DNA from: an uncultured Methanosarcinales archaeon
GTDB taxonomy: Archaea; Nanobdellota; Nanobdellia; Woesearchaeales; ARS49
NCBI GenBank assembly: GCA_964637115.1
Contig: CAZWVL010000010.1
Location: 1-30,309 of the forward strand
Direction: 5' to 3'
Length of the DNA: 30,309 nucleotides
In this document: in pieces, positions 25,316 through 30,309 of the stretch
How positions within the stretch are numbered: the first letter of the stretch is position 1
Layout of the letters: the number at the start of each line of letters is the position of its first letter
Translations under genes and position numbers: made by a program
The notes under the pieces: model-generated
What the model was told of the DNA's origin: nothing
Seen by the model: the letters and a program-made list of their open reading frames with translations, nothing else
The model's database searches: none

Positions 25316-26482
25316 ATGAAGTCTTTCTGGCAAGATATCCCATATCGTCCGCGCAAAAAGCTTACGCGTAACATTCGTGCTGACGTTGCCATAGTTGGCG
25401 GCGGTATTACAGGAGTTTCTGCTGCGTATCATCTTGCCAAAAAAGGTTTCAAAACAGTTCTTGTCGAGAAAGACGTGATTGCCAATGGTCCTGCGGGCAA
25501 GAATATGGGCATGGTGTTGGAAGGAACTATCCTTGATTTGATTGAGATTATTCCGATGATCGGGCCAAAACTTTCAAAACAACTATTAGCCTCTACTGCT
25601 AAGGCCAGGTGGCTTGTAGCCACAATCATCAAGAAAGAGCATATTGCGTGTGATATGCAGAAGTCAGGCAGTTTGTTTGTGGCTGCTGACAAAAAGTGGA
25701 TAGGTTGGTTGAAAAAAGAGACAGCAGCGCGCAATAAGTATGGTTTTCCATGTAAATTCTTGGACAAGGTCAAACTGCGTGATACAATTTCATCAACTTT
25801 TGAAGCGGCATTGTATACGTCCAAGGATTTTTTGATTAATCCAGTAAAATTCGTGCGAGGCATGGCTGCACGCGCGGAAAAATATGGGGCAAAACTCTAT
25901 GAACATACGCCTGCCCTGAAGTGGGATGAACATCAGGTCCGGACACCAAATGGAATTATTACTGCAGATAAAATTATCGTTGCAATTGAATCAGAAACAA
26001 AAGTGATGCGCCCGCACAGTGTAAATGCGCAGGTTATTATGACAAAGCCTTTGCGGAATCCTGGCAGGCTTGGTTGGAAGCGAGGTCATATGTTGTGGGA
26101 GGCTGGTTATCCTTATCACGCAATTCGTTTTTCGCATAATCGTCTTTTTATTGGTGGGGAAATCTCCGTCAACTCTTCAGAAAAGGATAAAAAAGTGTAT
26201 GCGCAGAAAATGGTTAAGACGCTTATGCGTTACTTTCCTGTTCTTACAAGGCAGGATGTTTCTATTGCCAGGCGGTGGGAGTGTTTGGTGGCGCTCCCTC
26301 CAAGAAGGATATTCACAATTTCGAACGAGAATGGCGTGTATTATGCATACGGCTGCGCAGGCAACGGTTTGACGCAGGGCGTGCTCGCTGGAAAGCTCTT
26401 TGCTGACCATTTCTCTGGTAAAAAGCTGCCTGAAATCTACGTTCCTTCTTCGAAAATCAGACTGACTGGATCATCGTGGTAA
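25316..26482 (+). CDS. FAD-dependent oxidoreductase (DAO/PuuB-like); likely start 25316
   Basis: VAIVGGGITGVSAAYHLA, GPAGKNMG, INPVKFVRGMA, YGCAGNGLTQG. Confidence 0.9.
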   Translation: MKSFWQDIPYRPRKKLTRNIRADVAIVGGGITGVSAAYHLAKKGFKTVLVEKDVIANGPAGKNMGMVLEGTILDLIEIIPMIGPKLSKQLLASTAKARWLVATIIKKEHIACDMQKSGSLFVAADKKWIGWLKKETAARNKYGFPCKFLDKVKLRDTISSTFEAALYTSKDFLINPVKFVRGMAARAEKYGAKLYEHTPALKWDEHQVRTPNGIITADKIIVAIESETKVMRPHSVNAQVIMTKPLRNPGRLGWKRGHMLWEAGYPYHAIRFSHNRLFIGGEISVNSSEKDKKVYAQKMVKTLMRYFPVLTRQDVSIARRWECLVALPPRRIFTISNENGVYYAYGCAGNGLTQGVLAGKLFADHFSGKKLPEIYVPSSKIRLTGSSW

Positions 26483-26515
26483 CCTTTTTAAACCGCTGAC
26501 TTCCTAATGCAATGT

Positions 26516-27787
26516 ATGAAAGCAAAAGCCGGTGACAAGGTTAAGCTCATTACTTCTGACGGTGAGTTTGAAGGTGTTTTACTGCCCAGACCAGAGCTTT
26601 TGTCGCAGGACATCACTGTTCTCAAGCTTAAAACCGGCTATAATATTGGTATTGAATCAAAGAAAATCAAGAAAGCTGAAGTTTTGGAAGAATACAGGGC
26701 TCCTATCTCAAAAGCGAAGAAATTGAAATTAAATCCAGACCTGCCAACAGTTGCCATTCTTTCTACAGGCGGAACTATTTCTTCCAGAGTTGATTATAGG
26801 ACTGGCGGAGTCTATGCCGATTACACTGCAGAGGACTTTGTCGCTATGTGTCCTGAGCTGGAAAATATTGCCAACATAAAAGCTGCTAAAATTATGAGCA
26901 TGATGAGTGAAGATCTTTTAACAAGCGACTGGCTGCGTATGGCAGAAGAAATAGTGAAAGTCATTAAGGATGTTGACGGTGTTGTAATAACGCACGGCAC
27001 TGATACAATGCACTTTACCAGTGCAGCATTATCTTTTCTGCTAAAAGACCTCAATAAGCCAGTTGTAATCACCGGCTCTCAACGTTCAATCGACCGTGGC
27101 AGCTCTGATGCCTTCATGAATTTGATTTGCTCAGTTACTGCTGCAGCCAAGTGGGATGGTGCTGCTGTTGCAATCTGCATGCACGGTTCAATTGCTGATG
27201 ATTTCTGCAATCTCACGCGCGGCACAAAAGTTAGGAAGATGCACACGTCCAGAAGAGATGCTTTCCGTTCTATTAACGACGAGCCATTAGCTCGCATTTT
27301 CATTGATGGAAGAATTGAAGTTACAAATGAAGATTATCCTAAAAGGCACAAGGGAGCTGTTTCTGTCAGAGATTTAGATCCAAAAGTGGCGCTCGTGTAC
27401 GTCTATCCTGATATGGACCCGGGAATTATTGACTATCACATTAAGCAGAAGGTGCATGGTATCGTAATAGTTGCAACTGCGCTCGGTCACGTTCCCACCA
27501 ATAATCAGAAATCTTTGATTCCGAGCTTGGAAAAAGCAGTAAATGCAAAAATCGCTGTTATGATCTGCACGCAGACATTGTACGGCCGTGTCCATCCTTA
27601 TGTTTACACCAATTTGCGTAAGCTCAGCATTGATGTCGGAGCGACTTTTTTGGCAGATATGCTTCCTGAAGTTGCTTACGTGAAACTAATGGTCGCATTA
27701 AAACAAAAGAATCCAGCGGAATTCATGCTTACTAATATTGCAGGAGAACTTAGCAGCAGGGAAGTTGATGACTGCTTCCTGAGATGA
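26516..27787 (+). CDS. gatD: Glutamyl-tRNA(Gln) amidotransferase subunit D (start 26516 or 26507)
   Basis: LKLKTGYNIG, STGGTISSRVDYRTG, THGTDTMHF, GSQRSIDRGSSD, RKMHTSRRDAF, DMLPEVAYVKL. Confidence 0.97.
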   Translation: MKAKAGDKVKLITSDGEFEGVLLPRPELLSQDITVLKLKTGYNIGIESKKIKKAEVLEEYRAPISKAKKLKLNPDLPTVAILSTGGTISSRVDYRTGGVYADYTAEDFVAMCPELENIANIKAAKIMSMMSEDLLTSDWLRMAEEIVKVIKDVDGVVITHGTDTMHFTSAALSFLLKDLNKPVVITGSQRSIDRGSSDAFMNLICSVTAAAKWDGAAVAICMHGSIADDFCNLTRGTKVRKMHTSRRDAFRSINDEPLARIFIDGRIEVTNEDYPKRHKGAVSVRDLDPKVALVYVYPDMDPGIIDYHIKQKVHGIVIVATALGHVPTNNQKSLIPSLEKAVNAKIAVMICTQTLYGRVHPYVYTNLRKLSIDVGATFLADMLPEVAYVKLMVALKQKNPAEFMLTNIAGELSSREVDDCFLR

Positions 27788-28023
27788 GGCCTATTCAAGA
27801 TGTGCTTAACCAGATTAAATGGGATGAGAAGTGCAAGCCAGGAGATTATACTATTGAATATGTTGACTTTGGCAAGCTCAAGTCAATGGCATATACCGAC
27901 ATCAAAAGAATTGAGGAAGGTTTCATGATAGTTGGAGCTGATGAAGCGCACATTCCGATGCACAGAATTAGGATAGTCAAAAAGAATGGAGAAATTGTAT
28001 GGCAAAGATCAAGTGCGGCTTAG
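27784..28023 (+). CDS. DUF504 / MJ1316-like RNA repair domain protein
   Basis: DVLNQIKWD..IEYVD..IPMHRIRIVKKNGEIVWQR. Confidence 0.8.
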   Translation: MRPIQDVLNQIKWDEKCKPGDYTIEYVDFGKLKSMAYTDIKRIEEGFMIVGADEAHIPMHRIRIVKKNGEIVWQRSSAA

Positions 28024-29813
28024 AAATTCACCAGCAGCTTGATTGTAAGAAGCTGTTTTGCGAGTGTGATAGCATTATTCAGGAGAATAACCCTCTTTAC
28101 ACAGTAATGCGCAAGCTCCGCGCAGTTGTAGGAGAAACCGGAGAAGTCGACATTGCAGCTGCGCAGGAAGCAATGAAAGGCAAGCAATACATTTACGAGG
28201 GCTACGACGAAAACTGTTGCTTGATTGAGCTTGATGAAGAGCCTCCCAGAAACTTGCGTCCTGAAGCCTTGACTGCTGCAATTCAAGTTGCTAAATTATT
28301 CAAAGCTAAATTTGTTGACGAAGTGCAGGTGATGCGAAAGACTATTGTTGATGGCAGCAACACTTCCGGCTTTCAAAGAACTTCATTAGTTGCTTTTGAT
28401 GGCAGGATTGATTCTTCTCTCGGGTCAATAAGCATTCCTACAGTTATTGTTGAAGAAGACAGCGCCAGGTTAATCAAAGAAGAATCTGATAAGACAATTT
28501 TCCGTCTTGATCGTCTTGGCATTCCGCTTGTTGAAGTGTCTACTGGTCCTGATATTGTTTCTCCTGAGCATTGTGCTGAAGTTGCTGAGAAGCTTGGAAT
28601 GTTATTGCGTAGCACTGGCAAAGTTAAGCGAGGTCTTGGCACTATTCGTCAGGACGTGAACGTTTCGATAGAGGGTGGCGAGCGTGTTGAAATCAAGGGA
28701 GCTCAAGATTTGAAATTGCTGCCAAAGCTTGTTGAACTTGAAGCAAGTAGACAGCAAAATCTGTTGGACCTCAAAAAAGAGCTCGAAAAACGCAAGGTGC
28801 GCGAAGTTTTCTCTCAGATTGTGGACTGTTCAAGATTATTGGTAAACTCTAAAGCAAAAATTATCAAAGCTACCCTGTCTAAGGGCGGAGTTGTTCTTGG
28901 AATTAAATTGCCAGAGTTCAAGGGACTGCTCGGTAGAGAAGTTCAGCCCAACAGGCGTCTTGGCACCGAATTTTCTGATCGTGCAAAGGTTGCTGCCGGT
29001 GTTGGCGGCATTTTCCACAGTGATGAACTGCCGGATTATGGTATTCTGCCTGATGAAGTTGAACAAATTTTTAAGCATCTTGATTGCGGCGACCATGATG
29101 CCTTTGTTTTGGTTGCAGATATGAAGCCAAAGGCAGAACGAGCGCTTAAAGCTGTCATCATTAGGGCAAATGATGCTGTTAATGGTGTGCCTAAGGAAGT
29201 CAGGCGTGCAAATGAAGATGGCACAACCACTTTTCTTCGTGTTATGCCTGGTGCAGCAAGAATGTATCCTGAAACTGATGTCCTGCCTATTCGTATAACG
29301 AAAGAAATGATAAAAGCTGTCGAGCTGCCAGAATTAATAGAGCACAAAACTGGGAGATATGAAAAACTTGGTCTTGGTCACGATTTGGCAGAGCTTGTTG
29401 CTAAGTCCGACCGTTCTGTGTTGTTTGATGATTTTGTTAAGTCTTTCAAGCAGCTCAAGCCTGCTTATGTCGCAGAACTTTTGATGACTTCCGAGCGCAC
29501 TATCAGGCGCCAGTTCAATATTGAGATTTCTCCTTCTGATGAAGACTTCTGTGTTTTATTCACTGCATTGGAGCACGATGAAATTTCGAAAGAAAGCATA
29601 TTGGATATTCTGAAGGAGAACAAGCCTGTCAAGGAAGTGTTGCATAAGTACAAATTAATGTCTGAGAGCCAATTATTGCGCGAACTAACAAGAATTGTCG
29701 AGCAGAACAAGGGAGTGCAATTCAATGCCTTGATTGGCAAGGCAATGTCTGAACTTAGGGGCAAGGCTTCTGGTCAGAAGATTGTTGAGTTGTTGAAGAA
29801 GCTGGCTGGGTGA
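27999..29813 (+). CDS. gatE: Glutamyl-tRNA(Gln) amidotransferase subunit E
   Basis: KCGLEIHQQL, RKTIVDGSNTSGFQRT, LDRLGIPLVE, GTIRQDVNVSI, GGIFHSDELP, PGAARMYPETD. Confidence 0.97.
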   Translation: MAKIKCGLEIHQQLDCKKLFCECDSIIQENNPLYTVMRKLRAVVGETGEVDIAAAQEAMKGKQYIYEGYDENCCLIELDEEPPRNLRPEALTAAIQVAKLFKAKFVDEVQVMRKTIVDGSNTSGFQRTSLVAFDGRIDSSLGSISIPTVIVEEDSARLIKEESDKTIFRLDRLGIPLVEVSTGPDIVSPEHCAEVAEKLGMLLRSTGKVKRGLGTIRQDVNVSIEGGERVEIKGAQDLKLLPKLVELEASRQQNLLDLKKELEKRKVREVFSQIVDCSRLLVNSKAKIIKATLSKGGVVLGIKLPEFKGLLGREVQPNRRLGTEFSDRAKVAAGVGGIFHSDELPDYGILPDEVEQIFKHLDCGDHDAFVLVADMKPKAERALKAVIIRANDAVNGVPKEVRRANEDGTTTFLRVMPGAARMYPETDVLPIRITKEMIKAVELPELIEHKTGRYEKLGLGHDLAELVAKSDRSVLFDDFVKSFKQLKPAYVAELLMTSERTIRRQFNIEISPSDEDFCVLFTALEHDEISKESILDILKENKPVKEVLHKYKLMSESQLLRELTRIVEQNKGVQFNALIGKAMSELRGKASGQKIVELLKKLAG

Positions 29814-29817
29814 GGAA

Positions 29818-30126
29818 ATGACTGGATTGCTCGCGCATTTGGTAATGAAAGATGGGCTGGTTATTGATGTTGACGTGCCGAATCATCGTCGTCATCCAGA
29901 AAATAGTAGTGACCTTGAACATGCAGCATGTGCTTTTGATACTTTTGATGAACTTGCTGATAAGTGCAGGAGAATTATGTCATACGATAATAGGCCGGCA
30001 AGGGTTATTCATCTTGAAATCGTGGGCGATGCGCGGTTTGAAATATTCAAAGTTATATATTTGCAAAATGGCAGAGAACTTTCATGTAAATACAGTGCAA
30101 GCCAATTTCATGACTTGACTAAATGA
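29818..30126 (+). CDS. Hypothetical protein
   Basis: 102 aa ORF, GAGG 4 nt before ATG, follows the gatE stop. Confidence 0.5.
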   Translation: MTGLLAHLVMKDGLVIDVDVPNHRRHPENSSDLEHAACAFDTFDELADKCRRIMSYDNRPARVIHLEIVGDARFEIFKVIYLQNGRELSCKYSASQFHDLTK

Positions 30127-30309
30127 CTTGCTGTCTTCTAGAAGCCTTAATAACTATCATAATCAACATTCCTATAATTATTCCAATCGTATTCCATATA
30201 AAGTCCCATCCCTCATTTATCCATCCGCCGCCTAAAGCGTCTATTAAGTCGCTTCCTTCTTTTCCTGCAAGTCCGTCTCCTGGTCCGAATTGGAATGTTC
30301 CTTCTCCGA
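30119..30309 (-). CDS. 3' end of a membrane protein truncated by the window edge (DUF2238-like)
   Basis: Hand translation ...GEGTFQFGPGDGLAGKEGSDLIDALGGGWINEGWDFIWNTIGIIIGMLIMIVIKASRRQQVI*. Confidence 0.5.
   Translation of the reverse strand, partial: GEGTFQFGPGDGLAGKEGSDLIDALGGGWINEGWDFIWNTIGIIIGMLIMIVIKASRRQQVI

Noticed and set aside
470-30118. Many 60-190 aa overlapping or antisense ORFs in the track (e.g. 844-1083, 17158-17589, 18767-19261, 22252-22824, 25429-25863)
   Set aside because: Shadows of well-supported genes with no recognisable motifs or start signals.
1-30309. CRISPR array, rRNA, integrase/transposase or prophage
   Set aside because: No repeat-spacer periodicity, no rRNA-like segment, and no recombinase, transposase or viral motifs among the ORFs.

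Overview
Gene-dense archaeal chromosomal segment, most likely from a DPANN lineage such as Woesearchaeota (inference from GatD/GatE, aIF5A, L40e, Cdc6/Orc1, Cdc48, PINA, archease-RtcB, TATA boxes about 21-25 nt before ATGs, and DPANN-style Cys-repeat membrane proteins). Most of it is housekeeping: replication/repair (PINA, Cdc6, TatD, Tmk, dUTPase-like), translation and tRNA biology (SerRS, TsaC/Sua5, aIF5A, L40e, RtcB+archease, GatDE, tRNA-Pro(CGG), tRNA-Val(CAC)) and proteostasis (site-2 protease, Cdc48, M3-like peptidase). Standout observations: (1) a two-gene, split homolog of the eukaryotic ribosomal uS12 prolyl hydroxylase OGFOD1/Tpa1, with a catalytic N-domain gene coupled to a non-catalytic C-domain gene; (2) a 147-nt palindrome-rich element resembling a non-autonomous IS200/IS605 derivative between a promoter and a SLOG-like gene; (3) a 16-bp duplication of the tRNA-Val 5' end that folds into a leader hairpin sharing a CGGAAAC...GTTTCCG motif with that element; (4) an arylamine N-acetyltransferase/transglutaminase-like orphan wedged flush between two convergent tRNAs. 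No CRISPR array, rRNA, integrase or transposase was seen. All family calls come from motif recognition; no database search was run.
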